Below are positions 50,441-61,078 of a DNA stretch of 64,000 bases, in pieces. Position numbers and translations under genes: made by a program. The notes under the pieces were generated by a model. The model saw only the letters and a list, made by a program, of their open reading frames with translations, was not told where the DNA came from and made no database searches. Numbering within the stretch: position 1 is the first letter of the stretch; each line of letters starts with the position of its first letter. The DNA is from Candidatus Bathyarchaeota archaeon (GTDB lineage Archaea > Thermoproteota > Bathyarchaeia > 40CM-2-53-6), in contig CAVSBL010000002.1 in the NCBI GenBank assembly GCA_963726255.1, forward strand, positions 1,632,001 to 1,696,000, given 5' to 3'.

Positions 50441-52632
50441 TAGGCGAACTGGAAACTACACTTACGCCGGAGGAGATGGGGTTCGCGCGCCAGCAGCTGG
50501 GAAGGGAGCCGAACGGCCTCGAATGGGCTATGATAGACGCTGAATGGAGTGAGCACTGCAGTTACAAATCATCAAGACACGTGCTCGCGACGCTTCCGAC
50601 ATCGGGTAGGAACGTGCTGGTTGGGCCTGGATATGATTCAGGCGTTGTGGACATTGGTGACGGTTATGTTGTAACGATTCACATTGAGAGCCACAATCAT
50701 CCTAGCGCTGTCGATCCTTACGGGGGAGCGGCCACGGGAATAGGTGGCGTTGTTCGTGACATTCTCTGCATGGGCACGACGCCGATCGCATTCCTCGACG
50801 CTCTGAAGTTCGGTGAGATAGCCGAGAGTGATCATTCAAAGTGGATCATGAAGAATGTGGTTCGGGGAATTGCGGATTACGGTAACTGCATCGGTGTGCC
50901 AACAGTCGCCGGCGAGGTTGAATTTGATACTTGCTTTGAAAGAAACTGCCTAGTGGATGTAGCTTGTCTGGGAGTTGGAAGAAAAGAAGAACTCCTGTTG
51001 GCCCAGGCAACCCACATTGGTGACGGTGTCTATCTGATTGGCGGTTCCACAGGCCGAGACGGAATTCACGGAGCAACATTCGCGTCCAGAACCCTCGGAG
51101 CGGACCCAGATCAAGATAGGTCAGCCGTTCAAATCCCGGATCCTTTCACAAAGAAGCTAATCATCGAAGTGTCGCTGGAAGCTGCCCGTGCTAGGATTCT
51201 TAGGGGCTGTAAGGATCTGGGTGGGGGCGGATTAGCGACAGGTCTCTCTGAAATAGCCGACAAAGGCGGCACGGGCCTCAACGTGTACCTGGAGAAGGTC
51301 CCTATTCGCGAAGCCGACATGACCCCCATTGAGGTTTTGATCTCAGAATCCCAAGAAAGAATGCTCTTTGTCGTCAAAGAGGGTTCTGAGGAAGTTTTGG
51401 ATGGCATCGTCCGGAAGTATGGCGTGGGTAGTGCCCGCATAGGCGAGGTCACATCAACCGGCAGAATCATGGTTTTTCGCCGTAAGGAACAACTCGCGAA
51501 CCTTCCCACACCTCTACTCGCAAACGCGCCAACAATCCGCCGAAAGGGTCGCATGCCACGTCTACGAAACCTTGAACCAGCACCTGCGCATTCCAGCGAT
51601 CTTGGACAGAGCCTTTTGGGCGTATTGGCTGCGCCCACGATTGCGAGCAAGGATTGGGTGTTCCAGCAGTATGACCATGAAGTCGGAATCGGAACTATGG
51701 CAAAACCCGGAGAGGCAGACGCGGCCGCGCTGAAACTGCCCAACGGAAAATACGCTGTCGTTAAGGTAGATGGAAACGCACGGTTCTGCGACTTGGACCC
51801 GTACGTTGGTGCCGCCAGTGTTCTGGCTGAATGCTGTCGCAATGTTGTGGCTGTAGGAGCGGAACCAGTAGCTTTCCTCGACCACTGCCAGTTCGGTGAC
51901 CCCAATGACGAGGAGATATTCTGGGCGTTCTCAAGGGCAATCGAAGGCATAGCTGACTTCGCTAGAGCCTATCCCTTGCCATGTGTCGGCGGCAAAGTCA
52001 GTTTCTACAACCAGGAGGAACAAAACCGCAAGGCGATCAAATCATCTCCGGTCATCAGCGTACTTGGTCTGATTGAGAAGGCCAACCGTCTCACTAAAAT
52101 GGGGTTCAGAGATGATGGCGAGGTCGTAATCATCGTGGGCGAAACGAAACCTGAGCTCGGTGGATCAGAATACTATCACACCTTAGGATGCGTCGGCAGG
52201 GAACCTCCCTCATTAGATTTCGAACTTGAAGTTCGCACTCAGAGAAGTGTCCTAGAATGCATACGGGATGGCCTTGTCACCGCTTGCCATGATGTTTCAA
52301 AAGGCGGCTTAGGAGTTGCCGTCGCTGAGATGGCTATCGCTGGCGGCAGGGGGGCATCAGTCGATTGCGCACCCCTCTACACCAAGAAGATGCATTCCGA
52401 CGAACTCTTGTTCTCGGAGACGAATTCAAGGTTCATCATAACTACCAAGGATCCTTCTCATGTTTCAGAAACACTATCGACGGCGAATGTTCCCGCGATT
52501 GTTGCAGGCACAGTTGGGGGTAACTCACTGCACTTCGGGCTGGGCCACAGCCGACTGGATTTTTCGTTAGAGACGCTCCGCAAAGCATACATGGATTCGC
52601 TGCAGGCGATTCTGGAGCCTTGGCAGAAGTAA
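50425..52632 (+). CDS. purL: FGAM synthase subunit PurL
   Basis: WSEHCSYKSS, ESHNHPS, SESQERM, GGKVSFYN. Confidence 0.97.
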   Translation: MDQMLVGELETTLTPEEMGFARQQLGREPNGLEWAMIDAEWSEHCSYKSSRHVLATLPTSGRNVLVGPGYDSGVVDIGDGYVVTIHIESHNHPSAVDPYGGAATGIGGVVRDILCMGTTPIAFLDALKFGEIAESDHSKWIMKNVVRGIADYGNCIGVPTVAGEVEFDTCFERNCLVDVACLGVGRKEELLLAQATHIGDGVYLIGGSTGRDGIHGATFASRTLGADPDQDRSAVQIPDPFTKKLIIEVSLEAARARILRGCKDLGGGGLATGLSEIADKGGTGLNVYLEKVPIREADMTPIEVLISESQERMLFVVKEGSEEVLDGIVRKYGVGSARIGEVTSTGRIMVFRRKEQLANLPTPLLANAPTIRRKGRMPRLRNLEPAPAHSSDLGQSLLGVLAAPTIASKDWVFQQYDHEVGIGTMAKPGEADAAALKLPNGKYAVVKVDGNARFCDLDPYVGAASVLAECCRNVVAVGAEPVAFLDHCQFGDPNDEEIFWAFSRAIEGIADFARAYPLPCVGGKVSFYNQEEQNRKAIKSSPVISVLGLIEKANRLTKMGFRDDGEVVIIVGETKPELGGSEYYHTLGCVGREPPSLDFELEVRTQRSVLECIRDGLVTACHDVSKGGLGVAVAEMAIAGGRGASVDCAPLYTKKMHSDELLFSETNSRFIITTKDPSHVSETLSTANVPAIVAGTVGGNSLHFGLGHSRLDFSLETLRKAYMDSLQAILEPWQK

Positions 52633-54092
52633 AGGAAAGCTGCGGCGTCGTCGGAGCCATAAAAAGCGGCTCGGACGTGTCCCACAACATTTGGCTTGGG
52701 CTATTGGCTTTACAGCACCGCGGGCAGGAAGCATGCGGGTTCTATACATTCGACAAGAAGAAGTTCTATCATCGAAAACAACTGGGGCTTGTCGGCAACT
52801 TTGAAACTTTCAACGGACTGAAGGGTAGTCTCGGAATAGGGCATGTCAGATATTCCACTGTAGGTCAGCCAGCAAACGAAGAAACACTTTGTGACCCACA
52901 GAAACTGGAGGAATTCGCGCAACCCTACTTCTCCGACCGGCCGAAAGGTGGACTTGCCCTCTGCCATAACGGCAACCTCGTCAATTTCTCACAGCTTTGC
53001 ACTGACTTGCGTTCAAACGGAACATTCCTTTCGGCAACCTGCGACGCAGAAGTCATGCTAAAGACCTTATCCGAAGAACTTTCCAGCGGTGTCGACGTTG
53101 AGAAGGCGGTCATGAATTGCGTCTCGAGATTCGAAGGCGCTTACTCCACGCTCGTTTTGACAGGGAATGGTGAGCTAATCGCCTTCAGGGACCCTGAAGG
53201 TTTTCACCCACTCTGCTTTGGGGAGGCCGATGGACTCTTTATGTTCGCCTCAGAAACCGTTGCCTTAGACATCAATGGTATACATGACCACTCGAACGTG
53301 AACCCTGGAGAGCTAGTGATTGCGCGGGAAAACGAGCCACTAGTCAGAAAGCAGCTCAAAGCACAGAACAATCACGCGCGGTGCATGTTTGAGTACGTAT
53401 ATTTCAGTCGACCAGATTCGACAATCGACGGTAAGGATGTGTACCTGGTCCGGGTCAAGCTAGGCAGAAACCTTGCGCGCACTTACAAGACACACGCAGA
53501 TGTGATTGTCCCAGTCCCTGATACTGCACGCCCTGCAGCAGAGGGAATATCACGAGAGACCGGGATCCCAGTTTTCGAGGGCCTGATCAAGAACAGGTAC
53601 ATCGGTAGAACATTCATCATGCCCAACCAAGAGGGGAGGGATAACGCGGTTAGGCTGAAACTCAACGCGGTGCGGGCTGTTGTAGAAGGCAAGAACATTC
53701 TCTTAGTAGACGACAGCATCGTCCGCGGCACGACGATGAAGAAGATTGTGAACTTGCTCAAGGAAGCGGGTGCAAGCCGCGTCGAGGTCTGGGTCACATG
53801 CCCACCCATCAAATCCCCGTGTTTCTACGGGATTGATATGTCAACTCATTCCGAACTAATTGCCTCATCAAAATCGGTGGAAGAAATCCGCCGAGCGGTA
53901 GGCGCTGATGTAGTCTGCTACCAGACCTTGGATGGGTTGTTGGATGCGATAGGCTTTCCAAAGCAGGAAACTTGCCTCGCATGCCTGACAGGTGTTTACC
54001 CGACCCCTCTGGCCCAATCACTAGCCGATGAAATGCGGCCGAAAACTGATGATCAGTATGCTAATGCTACGCCCTGGAAGAGGGAGACTTGA
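52620..54092 (+). CDS. purF: Amidophosphoribosyltransferase
   Basis: ESCG, QHRGQE, HNGN, FEYVYFSRPDS, VDDSIVRGTT. Confidence 0.97.
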   Translation: MAEVKESCGVVGAIKSGSDVSHNIWLGLLALQHRGQEACGFYTFDKKKFYHRKQLGLVGNFETFNGLKGSLGIGHVRYSTVGQPANEETLCDPQKLEEFAQPYFSDRPKGGLALCHNGNLVNFSQLCTDLRSNGTFLSATCDAEVMLKTLSEELSSGVDVEKAVMNCVSRFEGAYSTLVLTGNGELIAFRDPEGFHPLCFGEADGLFMFASETVALDINGIHDHSNVNPGELVIARENEPLVRKQLKAQNNHARCMFEYVYFSRPDSTIDGKDVYLVRVKLGRNLARTYKTHADVIVPVPDTARPAAEGISRETGIPVFEGLIKNRYIGRTFIMPNQEGRDNAVRLKLNAVRAVVEGKNILLVDDSIVRGTTMKKIVNLLKEAGASRVEVWVTCPPIKSPCFYGIDMSTHSELIASSKSVEEIRRAVGADVVCYQTLDGLLDAIGFPKQETCLACLTGVYPTPLAQSLADEMRPKTDDQYANATPWKRET

Positions 54093-55477
54093 CTAGGGTA
54101 CTGCTTGTTGGGTCTGGAGCAAGGGAACATGCCATCGCTGTAGCACTCGCGAAATCGCCGAATGCCGACTTGTATGCGGCCATGAGCACTAGCAATCCCG
54201 GCATAACGAAACTTGCAAGAGATGCAACAATCCTACAGATCAGTGACGCGCAAGCTGTGTCGGATTACGCGAAACAAGTTCACATCGAATTGGCTGTAAT
54301 CGGCCCCGAGGCGCCGCTCGTTAATGGAGTGGTGGATTCCCTTACGGAGCAGGGCATTGCATGCGTCGGACCAACACAAAGGCTCGCTCTCTTAGAGGGA
54401 GACAAGAGTTTCTGCCGGAACCTTCTGAGCAAGTACGGCATAGCGGGTAACCCCCTATTCCGCGTCTTCACGGAACCCGATTCCGCCGAAGCATTTCTAA
54501 GGACCGCGGGGCCCGTCGCGATAAAACCTGCTGGGTTGACCGGTGGGAAGGGAGTCAAAGTTACAGGGGAAGATCTTCCAAGTAAGCAGGATGAGGTGGC
54601 TTATGCTAAGGAGATTCTCCGAAACAAGATTGGCGGTAGTCAGCGGCTCGTAATTGAGGAGCGGCTCAATGGTGAAGAGTATTCACTCCAAGCCTTTGTC
54701 GACGGTCATGACGTGCACCCCATGCCCATCGTTCAAGACCATAAACGTGCATACGAAAATGATACTGGGCCAAACACGGGCGGTATGGGCAGTTACAGCG
54801 ATCGAGACCACTTACTCCCGTTTGTTTCACCGGAAAACTTCGAAGCAGGCTCTAGAATAATGACCGATGTCATTCGTGCACTGAATAAGGAGACTGGTGA
54901 AGAGTACAAGGGGTTATTGTACGGTCAATTCATGTTAGCTCGAAGCCTGCACGAGGAGAAGCCAAGCCCGAAACTCATCGAATTCAATTGCCGTTTCGGC
55001 GACCCGGAAGCCATGAACGTCCTGCCAATACTCTCTGAGGAAACTGACTTCATGGAGGTATGTGAGCGCATAGCTGAGGGGAGTTTGAAGTCGAAATACT
55101 TCTCATTCCAGCCTAAGGCTACTGTTTGCAAGTATCTCGTCCCAGTCACCTATCCCGACCATGTTGCTGCTCCTCAAATGGTGGATGTTGACGAGGAAAC
55201 ATTTGGGCAGAATGCGCGCCTCTTCTACGCTAGCGTGGACGTGAAGAATGGTTGCATAACCACTACGGGGTCTCGGACGTTAGCCGTCGTGGGGATAGCT
55301 GAGACGATAAGGGAAGCGGAACAAATAGCTGAAGGCGCGACGGCAAATGTTCAAGGCCCGTTGCGCCACCGCCATGACATTGGGACAGAAGAGTTGATTC
55401 AGAAGCGTATCGAGCACATGAAATCTCTCGGCGCAAGTACATCAACCGCAAGCTCACCTGAAATGGGGATAGCATGA
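54089..55477 (+). CDS. purD: Phosphoribosylamine-glycine ligase
   Basis: GSGAREHA, GPEAPL, QDHKR, GPNTGGMG, EFNCRFGDPE. Confidence 0.97.
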   Translation: MTRVLLVGSGAREHAIAVALAKSPNADLYAAMSTSNPGITKLARDATILQISDAQAVSDYAKQVHIELAVIGPEAPLVNGVVDSLTEQGIACVGPTQRLALLEGDKSFCRNLLSKYGIAGNPLFRVFTEPDSAEAFLRTAGPVAIKPAGLTGGKGVKVTGEDLPSKQDEVAYAKEILRNKIGGSQRLVIEERLNGEEYSLQAFVDGHDVHPMPIVQDHKRAYENDTGPNTGGMGSYSDRDHLLPFVSPENFEAGSRIMTDVIRALNKETGEEYKGLLYGQFMLARSLHEEKPSPKLIEFNCRFGDPEAMNVLPILSEETDFMEVCERIAEGSLKSKYFSFQPKATVCKYLVPVTYPDHVAAPQMVDVDEETFGQNARLFYASVDVKNGCITTTGSRTLAVVGIAETIREAEQIAEGATANVQGPLRHRHDIGTEELIQKRIEHMKSLGASTSTASSPEMGIA

Positions 55478-56231
55478 ATCGCTTGGCGGTCTTCGCATCG
55501 GGCCGTGGCTCTAACTTCAGGGCCATTGCAGACCACGCCCGGCTCGAAGTCCTTGAAGATGTTGAGCTCAGTCTGCTGGTCACAAACGATCCCAAGGCGC
55601 CAGCGATTCAGATCGCCCAAGAATACTCCGTTCCTTACGTCATCTTGGAAGGAGTTTTCGGGAGGAAATTCGCTACAAAACAGGAGAAGGAGAATGCCCG
55701 AAACGAATTCGACAAAAGAGTCTGCGGGGTACTTGAGCAGCACCGTATCAACCTCGTGGCCCTGCGGGCTTCATGCAAGTTCTAGGACGTACGATGGTCG
55801 AGGCGTACAGGTTTCGTATCATGAACATTCATCCCGCGAAGGACATGGTGAGGTTCGGCGGTCCGGGTATGTTCGGCGAACGCGTTCATGCCGCCGTGCT
55901 TCAGGCGGGTGAGAATGAGTCAGGTTGCTCAGTGCATTACGTTGATGAAAGTGTAGACGGCGGCCCAATCATTCTCCAGAGCACTGTCCCAGTCAAACCG
56001 GACGATACGCCTGAATCCTTGGCAGGCAGAATATTGGTGCAAGAACATCGGACTTATTCAAAGGCGATTCAACTCCACGCGGACGAACGAATCGCTGTGC
56101 ATGATGGGAAAGTTGTAGTTGATTGGGGCAGAAACTGGGAGGACCGGTGGAATCGAAGGCAAGAAGCCTTTATCCAACATCAAGCTGAACAAGCTTCAAA
56201 CAAAGAGCTGTTGCTCGAGCATCCAACCTGA
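55474..56231 (+). pseudogene. purN: GAR transformylase with a 1-nt deletion near 55764
   Basis: ASGRGSNF in the first frame; NIHP, SGCSVHYVD..VDGGPII in the second; one extra G restores LAGFM. Confidence 0.9.
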
Positions 56232-56245
56232 GGAACGTGTGCACC

Positions 56246-56641
56246 TTGGCTGATGTTGCCGTCTCAATAGTGATAGGGTCAAAAAGCGACTCGGAAGTCG
56301 CTAAACGCGCAGAGCAAGTCCTTGACTCGCTGGGAGTAACACATGAGACCCAGGTCATCTCAGCCCACAGGAATCACAAGGAACTGGACGAGTACATCGC
56401 CTCAAGCAAAGCCAAGGTATTCATAGCGATCGCTGGCCTTGCAGCACACCTGCCTGGCTACATAGCCTCAAGAACTGAGCGGCCCGTCATCGGTGTCCCA
56501 GTCAACAAAGCACTGGGCGGCTTGGACGCACTCCTTTCCATCGTGCAAATGCCTCGTGGAGTCCCGGTATGCGCGGTGGGAATAGATGGAGCTGAGAACG
56601 CCGCCTACCTCGCTAAGAGAATTCTCGATGTTTCGAAATGA
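56246..56641 (+). CDS. purE: AIR carboxylase/N5-CAIR mutase
   Basis: [28 protein letters not shown]. Confidence 0.96.
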   Translation: MADVAVSIVIGSKSDSEVAKRAEQVLDSLGVTHETQVISAHRNHKELDEYIASSKAKVFIAIAGLAAHLPGYIASRTERPVIGVPVNKALGGLDALLSIVQMPRGVPVCAVGIDGAENAAYLAKRILDVSK

Positions 56642-56650
56642 GAGTGCGCC

Positions 56651-57670
56651 ACGTCGCCCCGCACATATGCTGAAGCAGGTGTTGACGTAACCCGGGTTTC
56701 GCAAATCCAGAAAGGCATCGAAACAGCGCTGTCGAAAACCTTCCAAACTCGAAGGGGAAAACTGGGGCGAGTTCTTGGAATTCGTGAACACTATGCGGCT
56801 CTGATAGAAATCAGCCAAGACTATGCGCTAGCATTACACACTGACAATGTTGGGACAAAGGTTCTTGTTGCAGAAGCTTGCGCGAAGTACGACACGGTCG
56901 GAATAGATTGTGTCGCGATGAACGTGAACGACATAATCTGCGTCGGCGCCGAGCCGCTTGCCATGGTTGACTATTTGGCGCTCGAGAAACCAAGGCCAAG
57001 AGTTGTCGCGGAAATAATGAAAGGACTGCAAAAGGGCGCGCGCGAAGCAGGTGTCGCAATAGTCGGGGGTGAGACCGCAATCGTTCCTGACCTTGTGCGA
57101 GGCTTTGACCTGTCGGGGACCGTGGTTGGCATCGTGAAGAAGGACAGCATCATTACCGGCGAGCAAGCTGAACCTGGAGATGCTGTTCTTGGATTGGCAA
57201 GTAGCGGCATCCATAGCAACGGCCTGACTCTGGCGAGAAAAACTCTACTGGTTCCCAGAGCGGACCCGAAGATTGTGAGAGAATTGATTCGCCCTACAAG
57301 GATCTACGTTAAGGAAATCTCTAGGCTGCTCAGATCGAACTTGGAGATCCATGGATTGGCGCACATAACGGGAGGGGCTTACTCTAAACTGAAGAGGATC
57401 GGGCAACGGGCGAAGGTCGGATTTCAATTAGATAACCTACCGGAACCGCCTTGGGTATTCAAGACGATTCAATCTAGGGCACGTGTCTCGGAGCGGGAGA
57501 TGTACCGCACGTTCAACATGGGAATCGGCTTCTTAGTAATCTGCCCTAGGCAAGCTGCAAGACAAGCTAGAAACCTGCTCCCTGGATTCAGACAGATTGG
57601 TCACGTGACAAGTTCGAGGGGAGTCACCGTCAGGGCGAGCGGCAAGGAATTCTCGGTCATCAAATACTAG
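56651..57670 (+). CDS. purM: AIR synthetase (start unresolved)
   Basis: Frame open from 56642: TYAEAGVD...HTDNVGTK...AMNVND, GGETA, SSGIHSNG, HITGG, FNMG. Confidence 0.95.
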   Translation, partial: TSPRTYAEAGVDVTRVSQIQKGIETALSKTFQTRRGKLGRVLGIREHYAALIEISQDYALALHTDNVGTKVLVAEACAKYDTVGIDCVAMNVNDIICVGAEPLAMVDYLALEKPRPRVVAEIMKGLQKGAREAGVAIVGGETAIVPDLVRGFDLSGTVVGIVKKDSIITGEQAEPGDAVLGLASSGIHSNGLTLARKTLLVPRADPKIVRELIRPTRIYVKEISRLLRSNLEIHGLAHITGGAYSKLKRIGQRAKVGFQLDNLPEPPWVFKTIQSRARVSEREMYRTFNMGIGFLVICPRQAARQARNLLPGFRQIGHVTSSRGVTVRASGKEFSVIKY

Positions 57671-57673
57671 AGC

Positions 57674-58426
57674 TTAGACGGAGCGTTCGATGGCCAGCGC
57701 ATAGAGTCCCGCTCCGGCTAAGATGAACACAGCGGAGAACACTAAGAGTTCCATCCAGCTGAACAAAGTTACTGGCGGAGTTCCCATCAGGTAACCTCTC
57801 AGAAGATTTGAGATTGCGCTGAGAGGGTTGGCTTCCGCGAAAACGACTAGGGCCCCACCGAAAAGCTGTTGAAGAACTGTTATCGGGTAGAAGACTGTGC
57901 TGCAGAAAATCAGTAGCAGGTAGATCAGGCTTCGTGCCGTTGTAAATCGTTCGAAACTCCTCAAGATGACCGCTAAGCTGATTGCTAGGCCTGAAATCCC
58001 CATGCCGAGTAGGAACATTGCAAATATGATTAGCCCTAGTTGTGGAATCGATGGAAACGTTAGAATCCACATCGCCAAGACAAGAAGGGAGATTGCGTAG
58101 ATTAGCCCCCTGAGGCCGCCCGCTATCATGCGCCCGATAATAAGCTCGAAACGTCTAACTGGCAGGCTTAGAAGGTACTGGTTGTAGCCTCGTCTAGTCT
58201 CATTGTTCACTTCTCTACCGATCACGAAGGCGGCGGCAAACAGGCCGACGGCAACAATTCCCGGCGCTACGAATTTGAAGTAGTCGAACGAAACCATCTG
58301 CGTGTAAACAACCGCCATGATGAGCAAATCTGCAAGGTTCATGCTGATCAGGCCAGCCGTGAAAAACCGGTACTTGAAGAAAGTTCGGAAGTCGTGCTCT
58401 ATTATCGCTTTCAAGCCGGTTAACAT
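57674..58426 (-). CDS. ABC-2 type permease
   Basis: FVAPG, STVFYP, ANPLS. Confidence 0.88.
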   Translation of the reverse strand: MLTGLKAIIEHDFRTFFKYRFFTAGLISMNLADLLIMAVVYTQMVSFDYFKFVAPGIVAVGLFAAAFVIGREVNNETRRGYNQYLLSLPVRRFELIIGRMIAGGLRGLIYAISLLVLAMWILTFPSIPQLGLIIFAMFLLGMGISGLAISLAVILRSFERFTTARSLIYLLLIFCSTVFYPITVLQQLFGGALVVFAEANPLSAISNLLRGYLMGTPPVTLFSWMELLVFSAVFILAGAGLYALAIERSV

Positions 58427-58430
58427 GGAA

Positions 58431-59189
58431 TCATCTCCAGTTTCCCCCTTCGAGATTCCGTTCGTAAATCATCACTCCGGCGAAGTTGAACGTCATGAGG
58501 AAGATTACTAGAACAATCAATGCAACCGCCGGATTTGCTAGGTAGCTGATGTCGAAGTTCAGTGACCAGCGGAAGAGGTCTGCGGCATAGCTGAGTGGAT
58601 TGAACTTTGACAGGGCCGCTATAGGGCCTGGCATGAAGGCCTGCGGGTACAGAGCTGTACTCAGTCGAACGATGAATGCGTCAAGTGCTCCCATTATGAT
58701 GTCGAACTTGTCTCCAGACCTCAATCCAACCGCTAGAGTGATACTCAAACCTGAAACGCCGAACGCAAACCCGTAGAGAGCTACTAGTGCAGTCAAGATT
58801 TTCAGGGGATCCAAGACCCCGATGAAGAACAGAAAACCTGCAATGATAGGGGACATGAAGATGAAGCTCCTAAGCCCACCAGCAAGAGACCGCCCGAGTA
58901 CTAGCTCACGACGCGTTATCGGTAGGCTCAGAAGATATTCCACGAAGCCGTCGTCAGCTTCGTCGTATATTTCGTACCCTGTAAAGATTGCTACAGAGTA
59001 CATGGTCATCACGATGACGCCCATCGCGTAGTAATTGTAGTAGTTTGGCATTACGACAACCAGCCGCGACACCGCAAGGCCGAAAATTCCAATTTGGACG
59101 ATGACGAAGAACCAACGCATAATCAGTATACTTTTGTGTCGAACCAGTGAGCGCAGATCGCGTTCGATCACGAGGAGTATCTTGCTCAC
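58431..59189 (-). CDS. ABC-2 type permease
   Basis: LSTALYP, FNPLSYAADLFR. Confidence 0.88.
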   Translation of the reverse strand: MSKILLVIERDLRSLVRHKSILIMRWFFVIVQIGIFGLAVSRLVVVMPNYYNYYAMGVIVMTMYSVAIFTGYEIYDEADDGFVEYLLSLPITRRELVLGRSLAGGLRSFIFMSPIIAGFLFFIGVLDPLKILTALVALYGFAFGVSGLSITLAVGLRSGDKFDIIMGALDAFIVRLSTALYPQAFMPGPIAALSKFNPLSYAADLFRWSLNFDISYLANPAVALIVLVIFLMTFNFAGVMIYERNLEGGNWR

Positions 59190-60151
59190 GGTGAAGCCAC
59201 ACTGGGGGTTGCTTGCGATTCTTCCAGGACGGTGCCGGCGTAATGAAAGAAGACATCGTCTAGGGAGGGTTCTTTCATGTTGATCGAGTTGATTCCGACG
59301 CCAAGGGTGGAGAGGAGTTGCATTATCTTGGGCAGCATCTTCTCTGCTCGGTTGAGGTAGATGCGCATGTGAGTTGGTTCTACAATTGCAAGGTCGACGA
59401 TTCCAGCTATACCCTTCAGCTCAGCCACCGCCCTGTTCTCAACAGGTGCTTCGAGCTTGATGTCGATGACATCACCCCCGGGTATACTGTCTTTGAGGTT
59501 TCGCGGCGTGTCGCATACCCTGAGTCGGCCATGGTACAATATTGCTACTCGGTCGGAAAGCCGGTCTGCTTCGCCGAGCTCGTTTGTGGCCAGAATGATT
59601 GTGGAACCCTCATCGCGTAGGGAACGAATCTTCTCCCATATCTGGTACTTGCCAGCAATATCGATTTGAGCTGTAGGTTCATCCACGATGGCGACCTTTG
59701 GTTTCTGAATGAGCACCTTGGCGACTTCGACCCGTTTCTTCATTCCACCGGATAATTCATTGGCGAGTTTCTTTCTGGCGTCCCAGAGGTTAAACTCCTT
59801 AAGAATTGCCTCCACGGCGTGCCTTGGGTTCTTGACGCCGCATACCTTTGCATGCCAGTTCAAGATTTCCCAAGGGGTATTCATCCACAGGAGTTTCGCT
59901 TCTTGAAAGGCGATTCCAATCATTTCTCTTGCTTCGTACGGCCTTTTGCGAATGTCGTAGCCTCCGACTTCTGCGGTGCCCTCGGTCGGTTTGATTATTG
60001 TTGACAACATCATTAGGATTGAACTTTTCCCAGCACCGTTGGGGCCGAGTAATCCGAGAATCTCCCCCTCCTGGACATCCAGGTTCAGGTGGTCCACTGC
60101 CAGCGTCGACCCGTACCTTTTAGTCAGCCCAATAATGCGCACTATAGCCAG
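59186..60151 (-). CDS. ABC exporter ATP-binding subunit
   Basis: GPNGAGKS, LSGGM, DEPT, EPSLDDVF; CTG 60151 follows GAGGTG. Confidence 0.93.
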   Translation of the reverse strand: MAIVRIIGLTKRYGSTLAVDHLNLDVQEGEILGLLGPNGAGKSSILMMLSTIIKPTEGTAEVGGYDIRKRPYEAREMIGIAFQEAKLLWMNTPWEILNWHAKVCGVKNPRHAVEAILKEFNLWDARKKLANELSGGMKKRVEVAKVLIQKPKVAIVDEPTAQIDIAGKYQIWEKIRSLRDEGSTIILATNELGEADRLSDRVAILYHGRLRVCDTPRNLKDSIPGGDVIDIKLEAPVENRAVAELKGIAGIVDLAIVEPTHMRIYLNRAEKMLPKIMQLLSTLGVGINSINMKEPSLDDVFFHYAGTVLEESQATPSVASP

Positions 60152-60384
60152 AGCGAAACACCTCGAAGGGAGTTCGAAAAACCTCAGCCTAAGGAGTTGA
60201 ATTTACGCATAGCGAAAGTTTTCATTAAACAAAATTAATGGGGCCCTTTCTTCTTCTTACCAAGGGCGTTTACGTCGGTTTCACTCACAGGAACGCGCAA
60301 GCAGTCATAAAAGACATGTCCAAACCGCAAATCCATTCTGAAGAGATTAGCGCTCCCATCCAAGCCTGAATTCCTGCGCAACCC

Positions 60385-60975
60385 CTAACGCTTCGAGACA
60401 TACTGGTTGCCTCTTATGTGGAACCTCCACAGAAGATCTGTTCCACGACTGATTCCCACACGGGCAGACCTGGTAATCTCGAATTGCGTCTCGTCGGCGT
60501 CTGCAACAAAAAGGGGGCCCGGCTTCGTCATATCCACCTCATTGAGTGCTCTGTCTATGCCTAGGGCTTTCGTTAACTTGCCTGGCCCGTTGGTTAGGTT
60601 TGGGTCCGAAACATTCGGCCGTAGGCGCCTCATGGCTTGCAATCCCTCAACGGGTTCTACTGCTCGAATCAATACGGCGCCAGGTGTGCCAGTTGCCTGT
60701 GTGGTAATGTTTAGGCAGTAGTGGTTTCCGTATGTGAAGTAGATGTAAGCGTGGCCTGGTTCTCCGAACATTGGGGCGTTCCTGGGCGTCGGTCCGCGAA
60801 AGGCATGGCTCGCTGGATCATCCAGACCTCGATAGGCCTCAACCTCTACGATCCTCCCGCCCATTCTACTCCTACCCCTGACTCGTACCAAACGTTTGCC
60901 GAGGAGACACTTTGCGACCCTTACTGTGTCACGTGCGTAGAACTTGCGTGGAAGCACCCGTAGCTTCATGGCCAT
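60385..60975 (-). CDS. mpg: DNA-3-methyladenine glycosylase (MPG/AAG type)
   Basis: IVEVEAY, DPASHA, YIYFTYGNHYCLN, AVLIRA, NGPGKL, RVGIS. Confidence 0.94.
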   Translation of the reverse strand: MAMKLRVLPRKFYARDTVRVAKCLLGKRLVRVRGRSRMGGRIVEVEAYRGLDDPASHAFRGPTPRNAPMFGEPGHAYIYFTYGNHYCLNITTQATGTPGAVLIRAVEPVEGLQAMRRLRPNVSDPNLTNGPGKLTKALGIDRALNEVDMTKPGPLFVADADETQFEITRSARVGISRGTDLLWRFHIRGNQYVSKR

Positions 60976-61078
60976 CCCTGAACCGACGTCTCTCCGGGAG
61001 TACTTATTCAAGGGAAAACTTAACTGTAAACCGCCGATTTGGCGGGTCGAATCAATTTAGTCTCTGGTTAGCGGGATT

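Noticed and set aside
51129-51950. Long antisense ORFs (also 14213-14845, 49789-50412)
   Set aside because: Shadows of well-conserved genes on the opposite strand.
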